A stretch of DNA of 64,000 nt from Escherichia coli (GTDB lineage: Bacteria; Pseudomonadota; Gammaproteobacteria; Enterobacterales; Enterobacteriaceae), in NCBI RefSeq assembly GCF_024223415.1, contig NZ_CP100500.1; one strand, given 5' to 3'. Made by a program: the position numbers and the translations under genes. Under the pieces are notes generated by a model. That model made no database searches. It was not told where the DNA came from and saw only the letters and a program-made list of their open reading frames with translations. This document shows, piece by piece, positions 21,606 through 33,324 of this stretch; position 1 is the stretch's first letter; the number at the start of each line of letters is the position of its first letter.

Positions 21606-21645
21606 CAGTGTATTGGTAGCTAAAAAGCCAGGGGCGGTAGCGTGT
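21606..21645 (+). promoter_or_regulatory. JUMPstart with ops element in the wza leader (RfaH-dependent antitermination)
   Basis: cagtgtattggtagctaaaaagccaggggcggtagcgtg contains the ops core GGCGGTAGCGTG. Confidence 0.8.
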
Positions 21646-21822
21646 CTGGATGCCTGAAAGACCAGTCTGAATTATTCTGTCAATAGCCTGCGGATGAAAT
21701 CAATTTTTTTAGGACTGATGCCAGTTAAATTTGTATTCAATTAACTGCAAGGTAAATGTGCATGGCGACATTGCTATTAATAGTGCACAGGATAATTACT
21801 CTGCCAAAGTGATAAATAAACA

Positions 21823-22962
21823 ATGATGAAATCCAAAATGAAATTGATGCCATTATTGGTGTCAGTAACCTTGATAAGCGGTTGCACAGTACTTCCGGGC
21901 AGCAATATGTCGACGATGGGCAAAGACGTCATCAAACAGCAGGACGCTGATTTCGATCTCGACAAAATGGTGAATGTTTATCCGCTGACCCCGCGCCTGA
22001 TTGACCAATTACGCCCACGCCCGAATGTAGCGCGCCCCAATATGACGCTGGAAAGTGAGATCGCGAATTACCAGTATCGCGTCGGGCCGGGCGACGTTCT
22101 GAATGTCACCGTCTGGGATCACCCGGAACTCACCACGCCAGCCGGTCAGTACCGCAGCTCCAGCGACACCGGCAACTGGGTACAGCCTGACGGCACTATG
22201 TTTTACCCGTATATCGGCAAGGTCCACGTAGTCGGGAAAACGCTCGCTGAAATCCGCAGTGATATTACCGGGCGCTTAGCGACGTACATCGTTGACCCGC
22301 AGGTGGATGTTAATATCGCCGCCTTCCGCTCGCAAAAGGCCTATATCTCAGGTCAGGTGAATAAATCCGGTCAACAGGCGATCACCAACGTACCACTGAC
22401 CATTCTCGACGCCATCAACGCCGCAGGTGGCCTGACCGACACCGCTGACTGGCGCAACGTGGTGCTAACACACAATGGTCGTGAAGAACGCATTTCTTTG
22501 CAGGCGCTGATGCAAAACGGCGACCTCAATCAGAACCGACTGCTTTACCCCGGCGATATTCTCTACGTGCCGCGTAATGATGATCTGAAAGTGTTTGTGA
22601 TGGGTGAAGTGAAGAAACAGAGCACCCTGAAAATGGACTTTAGCGGCATGACCCTGACTGAAGCCCTGGGCAATGCCGAAGGTATCGACATGACCACCTC
22701 CAACGCCAGCGGCATCTTTGTCATTCGTCCGCTGAAAGGCGAGGGCGGGCGTAACGGCAAGATTGCCAATATCTACCAGCTGGATATGTCCGATGCCACG
22801 TCGCTGGTGATGGCGACAGAATTCCGCCTGCAACCTTATGACGTGGTGTATGTCACCACCGCCCCGGTTTCCCGCTGGAACCGTCTGATCAATCAGTTGC
22901 TGCCAACTATTAGCGGTGTCCGTTACATGACGGATACAGCCAGCGACATTCATAACTGGTAA
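21823..22962 (+). CDS. wza: Colanic acid outer-membrane export lipoprotein Wza
   Basis: 379 aa; lipobox LISGC; OPX family. Confidence 0.95.
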   Translation: MMKSKMKLMPLLVSVTLISGCTVLPGSNMSTMGKDVIKQQDADFDLDKMVNVYPLTPRLIDQLRPRPNVARPNMTLESEIANYQYRVGPGDVLNVTVWDHPELTTPAGQYRSSSDTGNWVQPDGTMFYPYIGKVHVVGKTLAEIRSDITGRLATYIVDPQVDVNIAAFRSQKAYISGQVNKSGQQAITNVPLTILDAINAAGGLTDTADWRNVVLTHNGREERISLQALMQNGDLNQNRLLYPGDILYVPRNDDLKVFVMGEVKKQSTLKMDFSGMTLTEALGNAEGIDMTTSNASGIFVIRPLKGEGGRNGKIANIYQLDMSDATSLVMATEFRLQPYDVVYVTTAPVSRWNRLINQLLPTISGVRYMTDTASDIHNW

Positions 22963-22967
22963 TCGTC

Positions 22968-23411
22968 ATGTTTAACAACATCTTAGTTGTCTGTGTCGGC
23001 AATATTTGCCGTTCCCCGACGGCGGAACGCTTACTGCAACGTTATCACCCGGAGCTGAAAGTGGAGTCCGCTGGACTCGGCGCGCTGGTCGGTAAGGGCG
23101 CTGATCCTACCGCTATCAGCGTCGCCGCAGAACATCAACTGTCTCTGGAAGGTCACTGTGCCCGTCAAATCAGCCGCCGTCTGTGTCGCAACTACGACCT
23201 GATTTTGACCATGGAAAAGCGCCATATCGAACGCTTATGCGAGATGGCACCGGAGATGCGCGGCAAAGTGATGCTGTTTGGTCACTGGGATAACGAATGT
23301 GAAATCCCCGATCCGTATCGCAAAAGCCGGGAAACGTTTGCAGCGGTGTACACATTACTTGAACGGTCTGCCCGCCAGTGGGCGCAGGCATTGAACGCAG
23401 AGCAGGTATAA
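22968..23411 (+). CDS. wzb: Low-molecular-weight protein-tyrosine phosphatase Wzb
   Basis: 147 aa; CVGNICRSP active-site loop. Confidence 0.95.
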   Translation: MFNNILVVCVGNICRSPTAERLLQRYHPELKVESAGLGALVGKGADPTAISVAAEHQLSLEGHCARQISRRLCRNYDLILTMEKRHIERLCEMAPEMRGKVMLFGHWDNECEIPDPYRKSRETFAAVYTLLERSARQWAQALNAEQV

Positions 23412-23413
23412 GA

Positions 23414-25576
23414 ATGACAGAAAAAGTAAAACAACATGCCGCTCCGGTAACGGGCAGTGATGAAATCGATATTGGTCGCCTGGTCGGCACCGTCATTGAA
23501 GCGCGCTGGTGGGTGATTGGCATCACCACCGTATTCGCCCTCTGTGCCGTGGTTTACACCTTCTTCGCCACGCCGATTTATAGTGCCGACGCACTGGTAC
23601 AAATCGAGCAAAACAGCGGCAATTCGTTAGTGCAGGACATTGGTTCGGCATTAGCCAACAAACCGCCTGCATCGGACGCCGAGATCCAGTTGATTCGTTC
23701 GCGTCTGGTGCTTGGTAAAACGGTGGACGATCTCGACCTCGATATTGCAGTGAGCAAAAACACGTTCCCGATTTTCGGTGCGGGCTGGGATCGCCTGATG
23801 GGACGTCAGAACGAGACGGTGAAAGTGACCACCTTTAACCGCCCGAAAGAGATGGCGGATCAGGTGTTTACGCTTAATGTGCTGGACAACAAAAACTACA
23901 CCCTGAGCAGCGACGGCGGCTTTAGCGCCCGGGGGCAAGCGGGCCAGATGCTGAAAAAAGAAGGCGTCACGCTGATGGTTGAAGCCATTCACGCCAGCCC
24001 GGGCAGTGAGTTTACCGTCACCAAATACTCCACGCTGGGGATGATCAACCAACTGCAAAACAGCCTGACGGTAACGGAGAACGGCAAAGACGCTGGCGTT
24101 TTGAGCCTGACTTATACCGGTGAAGATCGTGAACAGATCCGCGACATTCTTAACAGCATCGCCCGTAACTATCAGGAACAAAATATTGAGCGCAAATCGG
24201 CGGAAGCGTCGAAAAGCCTCGCCTTCCTCGCGCAACAGTTACCGGAAGTACGTAGCCGCTTGGATGTTGCCGAAAACAAACTGAATGCCTTCCGTCAGGA
24301 TAAAGATTCTGTTGATCTGCCGCTGGAAGCAAAAGCGGTGCTCGATTCGATGGTGAACATCGATGCGCAGTTGAACGAACTGACCTTTAAAGAGGCGGAA
24401 ATCTCCAAGCTGTACACCAAAGTTCACCCGGCGTACCGCACGCTGCTGGAGAAACGTCAGGCGCTGGAAGACGAAAAAGCCAAACTTAACGGTCGCGTAA
24501 CGGCGATGCCGAAAACCCAGCAGGAGATTGTCCGTCTGACCCGCGATGTCGAGTCTGGTCAGCAGGTCTATATGCAACTGCTGAATAAAGAGCAGGAGCT
24601 GAAAATCACCGAGGCCAGCACCGTCGGCGATGTGCGCATTGTTGACCCGGCAATCACTCAGCCTGGCGTGCTGAAACCGAAGAAAGGGCTGATTATCCTT
24701 GGGGCGATTATTCTTGGCCTGATGCTCTCTATCGTGGGTGTGCTGCTGCGCTCGTTGTTTAATCGTGGCATCGAAAGCCCGCAGGTGCTGGAAGAACACG
24801 GTATCAGCGTCTATGCCAGCATCCCGTTGTCGGAATGGCAGAAAGCGCGCGATAGCGTCAAAACCATCAAAGGAGTTAAACGCTATAAACAGAGCCAGCT
24901 ACTGGCGGTGGGGAATCCAACCGATCTGGCGATTGAAGCCATCCGCAGTCTTCGTACCAGTTTGCACTTCGCGATGATGCAGGCGCAGAACAATGTGTTG
25001 ATGATGACCGGGGTTAGCCCGTCAATCGGTAAAACCTTTGTCTGCGCCAACCTGGCGGCGGTGATCAGCCAGACCAATAAACGGGTGTTGTTGATCGACT
25101 GCGATATGCGCAAAGGCTACACCCACGAGCTGTTGGGCACCAATAACGTCAATGGCCTGTCGGAAATTCTGATTGGTCAGGGCGATATTACTACCGCTGC
25201 TAAACCCACTTCGATTGCCAAATTTGACCTGATCCCGCGCGGTCAGGTACCGCCAAATCCTTCTGAACTGTTGATGAGCGAACGCTTTGCCGAACTGGTG
25301 AACTGGGCGAGTAAAAACTACGACCTGGTGTTGATTGATACGCCGCCGATTCTGGCAGTGACCGATGCGGCAATTGTTGGTCGTCATGTCGGAACCACGT
25401 TAATGGTGGCGCGTTATGCGGTCAACACATTGAAAGAAGTGGAAACCAGTCTGAGCCGCTTTGAGCAAAATGGTATTCCGGTGAAAGGGGTGATTCTGAA
25501 CTCCATCTTCCGCCGCGCCAGCGCGTATCAGGATTATGGCTATTACGAATACGAATATAAGTCGGATGCGAAATAA
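23414..25576 (+). CDS. wzc: Tyrosine autokinase / polysaccharide co-polymerase Wzc
   Basis: ORF track 23378..25576; start trimmed to MTEKVKQHAAPV (720 aa); Walker A (GVSPSIGKT) and C-terminal Tyr-rich tail (YGYYEYEY). Confidence 0.93.
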   Translation: MTEKVKQHAAPVTGSDEIDIGRLVGTVIEARWWVIGITTVFALCAVVYTFFATPIYSADALVQIEQNSGNSLVQDIGSALANKPPASDAEIQLIRSRLVLGKTVDDLDLDIAVSKNTFPIFGAGWDRLMGRQNETVKVTTFNRPKEMADQVFTLNVLDNKNYTLSSDGGFSARGQAGQMLKKEGVTLMVEAIHASPGSEFTVTKYSTLGMINQLQNSLTVTENGKDAGVLSLTYTGEDREQIRDILNSIARNYQEQNIERKSAEASKSLAFLAQQLPEVRSRLDVAENKLNAFRQDKDSVDLPLEAKAVLDSMVNIDAQLNELTFKEAEISKLYTKVHPAYRTLLEKRQALEDEKAKLNGRVTAMPKTQQEIVRLTRDVESGQQVYMQLLNKEQELKITEASTVGDVRIVDPAITQPGVLKPKKGLIILGAIILGLMLSIVGVLLRSLFNRGIESPQVLEEHGISVYASIPLSEWQKARDSVKTIKGVKRYKQSQLLAVGNPTDLAIEAIRSLRTSLHFAMMQAQNNVLMMTGVSPSIGKTFVCANLAAVISQTNKRVLLIDCDMRKGYTHELLGTNNVNGLSEILIGQGDITTAAKPTSIAKFDLIPRGQVPPNPSELLMSERFAELVNWASKNYDLVLIDTPPILAVTDAAIVGRHVGTTLMVARYAVNTLKEVETSLSRFEQNGIPVKGVILNSIFRRASAYQDYGYYEYEYKSDAK

Positions 25577-25577
25577 C

Positions 25578-25637
25578 GACGCCTGCATTCGCACCGCCCC
25601 GTAGGCCGGATAAGGCGCTCACGCCGCATCCGGCAAG
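25578..25637. repeat. REP element between wzc and wcaA
   Basis: gacgcctgcattcgcaccgccccgtaggccggataaggcgctcacgccgcatccggc. Confidence 0.55.
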
Positions 25638-25668
25638 TAAACCAGCTCATAAGCCGGGAGTACAACCT

Positions 25669-26508
25669 ATGAAAGACAATCCGCTGATCTCAATCTATAT
25701 GCCAACCTGGAACCGCCAACAACTGGCGATTCGGGCAATAAAATCGGTTTTGCGCCAGGACTACAGCAACTGGGAGATGATCATCGTGGATGATTGCTCC
25801 ACCTCCTGGGAACAACTGCAACAGTACGTCACCACCCTCAACGATCCGCGTATCACTTACATTCACAACGACATTAACAGCGGGGCGTGCGCGGTACGTA
25901 ACCAGGCGATTATGCTGGCGCAAGGGGAATACATCACCGGGATCGATGATGATGATGAATGGACACCCAACCGTCTGAGCGTCTTCCTCGCCCATAAACA
26001 GCAACTGGTCACTCACGCCTTTTTGTACGCTAACGACTACGTTTGCCAGGGCGAAGTCTATTCCCAACCAGCAAGTTTGCCGCTGTATCCCAAATCGCCG
26101 TATTCACGCCGCCTGTTCTATAAACGCAATATCATTGGCAATCAGGTCTTTACCTGGGCGTGGCGTTTCAAAGAGTGTTTGTTCGATACCGAACTGAAAG
26201 CGGCACAGGATTACGACATCTTCCTGCGGATGGTGGTGGAGTATGGCGAACCGTGGAAAGTGGAAGAGGCGACGCAGATCCTGCATATCAATCACGGTGA
26301 AATGCAGATCACCTCGTCACCGAAAAAATTCTCCGGATACTTCCACTTTTACCGCAAGCACAAAGACAAATTCGACCGCGCCAGCAAAAAATATCAGCTG
26401 TTTACCCTCTACCAGATCCGCAATAAACGCATGACCTGGCGCACTTTGCTGACGCTGCTGTCGGTGCGTAACGGCAAACGTCTGGCTGATGGTATTCGGG
26501 GGCGCTAA
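25669..26508 (+). CDS. wcaA: Colanic acid glycosyltransferase WcaA (GT2)
   Basis: 279 aa; position in cluster; GT2 DDD motifs. Confidence 0.9.
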   Translation: MKDNPLISIYMPTWNRQQLAIRAIKSVLRQDYSNWEMIIVDDCSTSWEQLQQYVTTLNDPRITYIHNDINSGACAVRNQAIMLAQGEYITGIDDDDEWTPNRLSVFLAHKQQLVTHAFLYANDYVCQGEVYSQPASLPLYPKSPYSRRLFYKRNIIGNQVFTWAWRFKECLFDTELKAAQDYDIFLRMVVEYGEPWKVEEATQILHINHGEMQITSSPKKFSGYFHFYRKHKDKFDRASKKYQLFTLYQIRNKRMTWRTLLTLLSVRNGKRLADGIRGR

Positions 26509-26510
26509 AG

Positions 26511-26999
26511 ATGCTGGAAGATCTGCGCGCCAACAGCTGGAGTTTACGCCCGTGCTGCATGGTTCTTGCCTATCGCGTCGCTCATTTTTGTTCGGTGTGG
26601 CGCAAAAAGAACGTCCTCAACAATCTGTGGGCGGCCCCGCTGCTGGTGCTGTATCGCATTATCACCGAATGCTTTTTCGGTTATGAAATCCAGGCTGCCG
26701 CGACCATTGGCCGCCGCTTTACTATCCATCACGGTTACGCCGTAGTGATCAATAAAAACGTGGTAGCGGGGGATGATTTTACCATTCGCCACGGCGTCAC
26801 TATCGGCAATCGTGGTGCCGATAACATGGCATGTCCACACATTGGCAACGGCGTCGAACTCGGTGCCAACGTCATTATTCTTGGTGATATCACGCTTGGT
26901 AACAACGTCACCGTGGGCGCGGGTAGCGTGGTGCTCGACTCTGTCCCGGACAACGCGCTGGTGGTGGGAGAAAAAGCGCGAGTGAAGGTAATTAAATGA
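26511..26999 (+). CDS. wcaB: Colanic acid acetyltransferase WcaB (hexapeptide repeat)
   Basis: 162 aa; left-handed beta-helix repeats. Confidence 0.9.
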   Translation: MLEDLRANSWSLRPCCMVLAYRVAHFCSVWRKKNVLNNLWAAPLLVLYRIITECFFGYEIQAAATIGRRFTIHHGYAVVINKNVVAGDDFTIRHGVTIGNRGADNMACPHIGNGVELGANVIILGDITLGNNVTVGAGSVVLDSVPDNALVVGEKARVKVIK

Positions 27000-28213
27000 A
27001 TATTTTGCAATTTAATGTGCGACTGGCGGAAGGCGGGGCAGCAGGTGTGGCGTTAGATCTCCACCAGCGTGCGCTGCAACAGGGGCTGGCGTCACATTTT
27101 GTCTACGGTTACGGCAAAGGCGGCAAAGAGAGTGTCAGCCATCAAAACTATCCGCAGGTCATCAAACATACGCCGCGGATGACTGCAATGGCGAATATTG
27201 CCCTGTTTCGTCTGTTTAATCGCGATCTGTTTGGCAATTTCAATGAGTTATATTGCACCATTACTCGTACACCGGGTCCGGTGGTCCTGCATTTTCATGT
27301 GCTGCACAGCTACTGGCTAAATCTTAAGAGCGTGGTGCGCTTTTGCGAAAAGGTGAAAAACCACAAACCGGATGTCACTCTGGTCTGGACGCTGCACGAC
27401 CACTGGAGTGTAACCGGACGCTGCGCCTTTACCGACGGTTGCGAAGGCTGGAAAACGGGCTGCCAGAAATGCCCGACCTTAAATAACTATCCGCCGGTGA
27501 AGATTGATCGGGCGCACCTGCTGGTGGCGGGCAAACGCCAGTTATTCCGTGAGATGCTGGCGCTGGGCTGTCAGTTTATTTCCCCCAGCCAGCATGTGGC
27601 TGACGCTTTCAATAGCCTGTACGGTCCAGGGCGTTGCCGGATTATCAATAACGGTATTGATATGGCAACCGAAGCGATTCTGGCGGATCTGCCTCCGGTG
27701 CGCGAAACTCAGGGCAAGCCGAAAATCGCGGTGGTGGCGCATGACCTGCGTTACGACGGCAAGACTAACCAGCAACTGGTGCGTGAGATGATGGCGCTGG
27801 GCGACAAAATTGAACTGTATACCTTTGGTAAGTTCTCGCCGTTCACCGCTGGCAACGTGGTTAATCACGGCTTTGAAACTGACAAGCGCAAGTTGATGAG
27901 CGCGCTCAATCAGATGGATGCGCTGGTGTTCAGTTCTCGCGTCGATAACTACCCGCTGATTTTGTGTGAGGCGTTATCAATTGGCGTGCCGGTGATTGCC
28001 ACCCATAGCGACGCGGCGCGTGAAGTGTTGCAAAAATCCGGCGGTAAAACCGTCAGCGAAGAAGACGTGCTGCAACTGGTCCAGTTAAGCAAACCGGAAA
28101 TCGCGCAGGCGATATTTGGTACCACGCTGGCTGAGTTCAGCCAACGCAGCCGCGCGGCCTACAGTGGACAACAGATGCTGGAGGAGTATGTCAACTTCTA
28201 TCAGAATCTGTAG
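26996..28213 (+). CDS. wcaC: Colanic acid glycosyltransferase WcaC (GT4)
   Basis: 405 aa; position. Confidence 0.9.
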   Translation: MNILQFNVRLAEGGAAGVALDLHQRALQQGLASHFVYGYGKGGKESVSHQNYPQVIKHTPRMTAMANIALFRLFNRDLFGNFNELYCTITRTPGPVVLHFHVLHSYWLNLKSVVRFCEKVKNHKPDVTLVWTLHDHWSVTGRCAFTDGCEGWKTGCQKCPTLNNYPPVKIDRAHLLVAGKRQLFREMLALGCQFISPSQHVADAFNSLYGPGRCRIINNGIDMATEAILADLPPVRETQGKPKIAVVAHDLRYDGKTNQQLVREMMALGDKIELYTFGKFSPFTAGNVVNHGFETDKRKLMSALNQMDALVFSSRVDNYPLILCEALSIGVPVIATHSDAAREVLQKSGGKTVSEEDVLQLVQLSKPEIAQAIFGTTLAEFSQRSRAAYSGQQMLEEYVNFYQNL

Positions 28214-29405
28214 CTACCTGCTGCTGCCGCTGATCTACCTGCTGGTTAACGTCAAAATCGCCCAGCTTGGCGAAAGTTTTCCCATCACCATCGTCACTTT
28301 TTTACCTGTCTTGTTACTGCTGTTTTTAGAACGCATCAGCGTTAAAAAATTGATGATTGCCTTAGGGATTGGCGCGGGACTCACGGCGTTTAACTACCTG
28401 TTTGGTCAGTCGTTGGATGCCAGTAAATACGTCACTTCAACCATGCTGTTTGTCTATATTGTGATCATTATTGGCATGGTGTGGAGTATTCGCTTTAAAA
28501 CGATTTCGCCACACAACCATCGTAAGATATTACGTTTCTTTTATCTGGTGGTCGGGCTGGTGGTGGCGCTGGCGGCGGTGGAGATGGCGCAAATTATCCT
28601 CACCGGTGGCAGCAGTATTATGGAGTCGATTTCGAAATATCTGATTTACAGCAATAGCTATGTGCTGAATTTCATCAAATTCGGCGGCAAGCGCACGACA
28701 GCACTTTATTTCGAACCGGCATTTTTCGCTCTGGCATTAATCTCAATTTGGCTCAGCATCAAACAGTTTGGTATCAAAACGCCTAAAACCGATGCTATGA
28801 TTCTCGCAGGGATAATATTATCCGGATCGTTTTCAGGGGTTATGACCTTTATCCTGTTTTATTTGCTGGAGTGGGCATTTCAATATCTGAATAAAGAGGC
28901 GATTAAGAAAAAGTTACCGTTAGCATTGATTTCTCTGGCTGTATTCCTGGTTGGTGTGGTAATCGCGTTTCCTTATATTTCCACCCGTCTGGGCGATTTA
29001 GGTACGGAAGGATCGTCATCGTATTATCGTATTGTCGGTCCGCTGGTGATGGTCGGTTATTCTTTGACCCATATTGACGGTGTAGTCAGATTTGGCTCAC
29101 TTTATGAATATGTTGCATCATTCGGAATATTTAACGGTGCGGATGTCGGAAAAACCATAGACAATGGTTTGTATCTGCTGATTATTTATTTTTCCTGGTT
29201 CGCGGTGTTTTTATCGCTGTGGTACATGGGGAAAGTGATAAAAATGATGATCAACGCTTTTGGTGATAACCGCAATTTTCGCGTGCAATTATATCTTTTT
29301 ACTCCGGTATCGCTGTTTTTTACCGGTTCGATATTTAGCCCGGAATATGCATTTTTAATCGTCTGTCCGTTTATTTTTCGAAAAGCGTTAAATATTACGA
29401 GGTAA
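28188..29405 (+). CDS. wcaD: Colanic acid polymerase WcaD (Wzy-like)
   Basis: ORF track 28116..29405; trimmed to [19 protein letters not shown] (405 aa), polytopic membrane protein. Confidence 0.88.
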   Translation: MSTSIRICSYLLLPLIYLLVNVKIAQLGESFPITIVTFLPVLLLLFLERISVKKLMIALGIGAGLTAFNYLFGQSLDASKYVTSTMLFVYIVIIIGMVWSIRFKTISPHNHRKILRFFYLVVGLVVALAAVEMAQIILTGGSSIMESISKYLIYSNSYVLNFIKFGGKRTTALYFEPAFFALALISIWLSIKQFGIKTPKTDAMILAGIILSGSFSGVMTFILFYLLEWAFQYLNKEAIKKKLPLALISLAVFLVGVVIAFPYISTRLGDLGTEGSSSYYRIVGPLVMVGYSLTHIDGVVRFGSLYEYVASFGIFNGADVGKTIDNGLYLLIIYFSWFAVFLSLWYMGKVIKMMINAFGDNRNFRVQLYLFTPVSLFFTGSIFSPEYAFLIVCPFIFRKALNITR

Positions 29406-29415
29406 GAATAAGAAC

Positions 29416-30162
29416 ATGTTGCTTAGCATAATCACTGTCGCGTTTCGTAACCTCGAAGGGATAGTCAAAACACATGCCTCGCTGGCGCATCTGGCGCAGG
29501 CGGACGATATCAGCCTCGAATGGATTGTTGTCGATGGCGGTTCCAACGACGGTACCCGTGAGTATCTGGAAAATCTCAATGGTATCTATAATCTACGCTT
29601 TGTCAGCGAGCCAGATAACGGTATCTACGACGCCATGAACAAAGGCATTGCGATGGCACAAGGCAAGTTCGCGTTGTTTCTCAACTCGGGCGATATTTTT
29701 CATCAGGATGCCGCAAATTTTGTCCGTAAGTTAAAAATGCAAAAAGATAACGTGATGATCACCGGCGATGCGCTGCTGGATTTTGGCGACGGGCATAAAA
29801 TTAAGCGTAGCGCCAAACCGGGTTGGTATATTTATCACAGCCTGCCCGCCAGTCATCAGGCGATATTTTTCCCGGTATCCGGCTTGAAGAAATGGCGTTA
29901 TGACCTGGAATATAAAGTTTCTTCCGACTACGCGCTGGCGGCCAAAATGTATAAAGCCGGTTATGCATTTAAAAAACTCAATGGCCTGGTGTCTGAATTT
30001 TCCATGGGTGGGGTATCTACCACCAATAATATGGAATTGTGTGCTGACGCGAAAAAAGTCCAACGGCAAATATTACATGTGCCTGGCTTTTGGGCTGAAT
30101 TATCCTGGCATTTACGCCAACGTACTACCTCAAAGACGAAAGCCTTATATAACAAAAGCTGA
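29416..30162 (+). CDS. wcaE: Colanic acid glycosyltransferase WcaE (GT2)
   Basis: 248 aa; position. Confidence 0.9.
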   Translation: MLLSIITVAFRNLEGIVKTHASLAHLAQADDISLEWIVVDGGSNDGTREYLENLNGIYNLRFVSEPDNGIYDAMNKGIAMAQGKFALFLNSGDIFHQDAANFVRKLKMQKDNVMITGDALLDFGDGHKIKRSAKPGWYIYHSLPASHQAIFFPVSGLKKWRYDLEYKVSSDYALAAKMYKAGYAFKKLNGLVSEFSMGGVSTTNNMELCADAKKVQRQILHVPGFWAELSWHLRQRTTSKTKALYNKS

Positions 30163-30177
30163 ATATAAGGGAAAACG

Positions 30178-30726
30178 ATGCAAGATTTAAGCGGTTTCTC
30201 GGTGCCGAAAGGGTTCCGGGGTGGCAACGCTATTAAAGTGCAATTGTGGTGGGCAGTACAGGCAACATTATTTGCCTGGTCGCCACAAGTATTGTATCGC
30301 TGGCGGGCATTTTTATTACGTTTATTCGGGGCAAAAATAGGAAAAAACGTAGTTATTCGTCCGTCAGTAAAAATTACCTATCCGTGGAAATTAAACTTAG
30401 GTGATTACGCGTGGGTCGGCGATGAGGTCAATTTATATACCCTCGGTGAAATAACCATTGGCGCACATTCGGTGATATCGCAAAAAAGTTATTTATGCAC
30501 CGGGAGCCACGACCATGCAAGTCAACATTTCACCATTAACGCCACGCCTATTGTGATTGGCGAGAAATGCTGGCTGGCAACCGATGTCTTTGTTGCCCCA
30601 GGCGTCACAATCGGCGACGGCACCGTCGTGGGTGCACGAAGCAGTGTTTTTAAATCGCTTCCGGCAAATGTGGTTTGCCGGGGGAATCCCGCAGTGGTGA
30701 TACGCGAACGCGTTGAAACTGAATAA
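30178..30726 (+). CDS. wcaF: Colanic acid acetyltransferase WcaF (hexapeptide repeat)
   Basis: 182 aa. Confidence 0.9.
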   Translation: MQDLSGFSVPKGFRGGNAIKVQLWWAVQATLFAWSPQVLYRWRAFLLRLFGAKIGKNVVIRPSVKITYPWKLNLGDYAWVGDEVNLYTLGEITIGAHSVISQKSYLCTGSHDHASQHFTINATPIVIGEKCWLATDVFVAPGVTIGDGTVVGARSSVFKSLPANVVCRGNPAVVIRERVETE

Positions 30727-30752
30727 ATTCAAAAAATACAGAGGAATAAGAC

Positions 30753-31874
30753 ATGTCAAAAGTCGCTCTCATCACCGGTGTAACCGGACAAGACGGTTCT
30801 TACCTGGCAGAGTTTCTGCTGGAAAAAGGTTACGAGGTGCATGGTATTAAGCGTCGCGCATCGTCATTCAACACCGAACGCGTGGATCACATTTATCAGG
30901 ATCCGCACACCTGCAACCCGAAATTCCATCTGCATTATGGCGACCTGAGTGATACCTCCAACCTGACGCGCATTTTGCGTGAAGTGCAGCCGGATGAAGT
31001 CTACAACCTGGGCGCAATGAGCCACGTTGCGGTTTCTTTTGAGTCACCGGAATATACCGCTGACGTCGACGCGATGGGTACGCTGCGCCTGCTCGAGGCG
31101 ATCCGCTTCCTCGGTCTGGAAAAGAAAACCCGTTTCTATCAGGCTTCCACCTCTGAACTGTATGGTCTGGTGCAGGAAATTCCGCAGAAAGAAACCACGC
31201 CGTTCTACCCGCGATCTCCGTATGCGGTCGCCAAACTGTACGCCTACTGGATCACCGTTAACTACCGCGAATCCTACGGCATGTACGCCTGCAACGGTAT
31301 TCTCTTCAACCATGAATCCCCGCGCCGTGGCGAAACCTTCGTTACCCGCAAAATTACCCGCGCAATCGCCAACATCGCCCAGGGGCTGGAGTCGTGCCTG
31401 TACCTCGGCAATATGGATTCCCTGCGTGACTGGGGCCATGCCAAAGACTACGTAAAAATGCAGTGGATGATGCTGCAACAGGAACAGCCAGAAGATTTCG
31501 TTATCGCGACCGGCGTTCAGTACTCCGTACGTCAGTTCGTGGAAATGGCGGCGGCACAGCTGGGCATCAAACTGCGCTTTGAAGGCACGGGCGTTGAAGA
31601 GAAGGGCATTGTGGTTTCCGTCACCGGACATGACGCGCCGGGCGTTAAACCGGGTGATGTGATTATCGCCGTTGACCCGCGTTACTTCCGTCCGGCTGAA
31701 GTTGAAACGCTGCTCGGCGACCCGACCAAAGCGCACGAAAAACTGGGCTGGAAACCAGAAATCACCCTCAGAGAGATGGTGTCTGAAATGGTGGCTAATG
31801 ACCTCGAAGCGGCGAAAAAACACTCTCTGCTGAAATCTCACGGCTACGACGTGGCGATCGCGCTGGAGTCATAA
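30753..31874 (+). CDS. gmd: GDP-mannose 4,6-dehydratase
   Basis: 373 aa; [26 protein letters not shown] Rossmann motif. Confidence 0.95.
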
Positions 31875-31876
31875 GC

Positions 31877-32842
31877 ATGAGTAGACAACGCATTTTTATT
31901 GCTGGCCATCGTGGGATGGTCGGTTCTGCCATCAGGCGGCAGCTCGAACAGCGCGGTGATGTGGAACTGGTATTACGCACCCGCGACGAGCTGAACCTGC
32001 TGGACAGCCGCGCCGTGCATGATTTCTTTGCCAGCGAACGTATTGACCAGGTCTATCTGGCGGCGGCGAAAGTGGGCGGCATTGTTGCCAACAACACCTA
32101 TCCGGCGGATTTCATCTATCAGAACATGATAATTGAGAGCAACATCATTCACGCCGCGCATCAGAACGACGTGAACAAACTGCTGTTTCTCGGATCGTCC
32201 TGCATCTACCCGAAACTGGCAAAACAGCCGATGGCAGAAAGCGAGTTATTGCAGGGCACGCTGGAGCCGACCAACGAGCCTTACGCCATTGCCAAAATCG
32301 CCGGGATCAAACTGTGCGAATCATACAACCGCCAGTACGGACGCGATTACCGCTCAGTCATGCCGACCAACCTGTATGGCCCGCATGACAACTTCCACCC
32401 GAGTAATTCGCATGTGATCCCTGCATTGCTGCGTCGCTTCCACGAGGCGACGGCACAGAATGCACCGGACGTGGTGGTATGGGGCAGCGGTACACCGATG
32501 CGTGAATTCCTGCACGTCGATGATATGGCGGCGGCGAGCATTCATGTCATGGAGCTGGCGCATGAAGTCTGGCTGGAGAACACCCAGCCGATGCTGTCGC
32601 ACATTAACGTCGGCACGGGCGTTGACTGCACTATCCGCGAGCTGGCGCAAACCATCGCCAAAGTGGTGGGTTACAAAGGTCGGGTGGTTTTTGATGCCAG
32701 CAAGCCGGATGGTACGCCGCGCAAACTGCTGGATGTGACGCGCCTGCATCAGCTTGGCTGGTATCACGAAATCTCACTGGAAGCGGGGCTTGCCAGCACT
32801 TACCAGTGGTTCCTTGAGAATCAAGACCGCTTTCGGGGGTAA
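31877..32842 (+). CDS. fcl: GDP-L-fucose synthase (GDP-4-keto-6-deoxymannose 3,5-epimerase/4-reductase)
   Basis: 321 aa; [19 protein letters not shown]. Confidence 0.95.
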   Translation: MSRQRIFIAGHRGMVGSAIRRQLEQRGDVELVLRTRDELNLLDSRAVHDFFASERIDQVYLAAAKVGGIVANNTYPADFIYQNMIIESNIIHAAHQNDVNKLLFLGSSCIYPKLAKQPMAESELLQGTLEPTNEPYAIAKIAGIKLCESYNRQYGRDYRSVMPTNLYGPHDNFHPSNSHVIPALLRRFHEATAQNAPDVVVWGSGTPMREFLHVDDMAAASIHVMELAHEVWLENTQPMLSHINVGTGVDCTIRELAQTIAKVVGYKGRVVFDASKPDGTPRKLLDVTRLHQLGWYHEISLEAGLASTYQWFLENQDRFRG

Positions 32843-33324
32843 TGATGTTTTTACGTCAGGAAGACTTTGCCACGGTAGTGCGCTCCACTCCGCTTGTCTC
32901 TCTCGACTTTATAGTCGAGAACAGTCGCGGCGAGTTTCTGCTTGGCAAAAGAACCAACCGCCCGGCGCAGGGTTACTGGTTTGTGCCGGGAGGGCGCGTG
33001 CAGAAAGACGAAACGCTGGAAGCCGCATTTGAGCGGCTGACGATGGCGGAACTGGGGCTGCGTCTGCCGATAACAGCAGGCCAGTTTTACGGTGTCTGGC
33101 AGCACTTTTATGACGATAACTTCTCTGGCACGGATTTCACCACTCACTATGTGGTGCTCGGTTTTCGCTTCAGAGTAGCGGAAGAAGAACTGTTACTGCC
33201 GGATGAGCAGCATGACGATTACCGCTGGCTGACGCCGGACGCACTGCTCGCCAGTGACAATGTTCACGCTAACAGCCGCGCCTATTTTCTCGCTGAGAAG
33301 CGTGCCGGAGTACCCGGATTATGA
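32842..33324 (+). CDS. gmm: GDP-mannose mannosyl hydrolase (Nudix)
   Basis: 160 aa; Nudix family. Confidence 0.9.
   Translation: MMFLRQEDFATVVRSTPLVSLDFIVENSRGEFLLGKRTNRPAQGYWFVPGGRVQKDETLEAAFERLTMAELGLRLPITAGQFYGVWQHFYDDNFSGTDFTTHYVVLGFRFRVAEEELLLPDEQHDDYRWLTPDALLASDNVHANSRAYFLAEKRAGVPGL

Noticed and set aside
23651-25387. Minus-strand ORFs of 120-194 codons inside wzc
   Set aside because: Antisense artefacts within the Wzc coding region; no independent support.
31027-31841. Alternate-frame and antisense ORFs (142 and 265 codons) inside gmd
   Set aside because: Embedded in the highly conserved gmd reading frame; the long antisense ORF is a by-product of codon bias.
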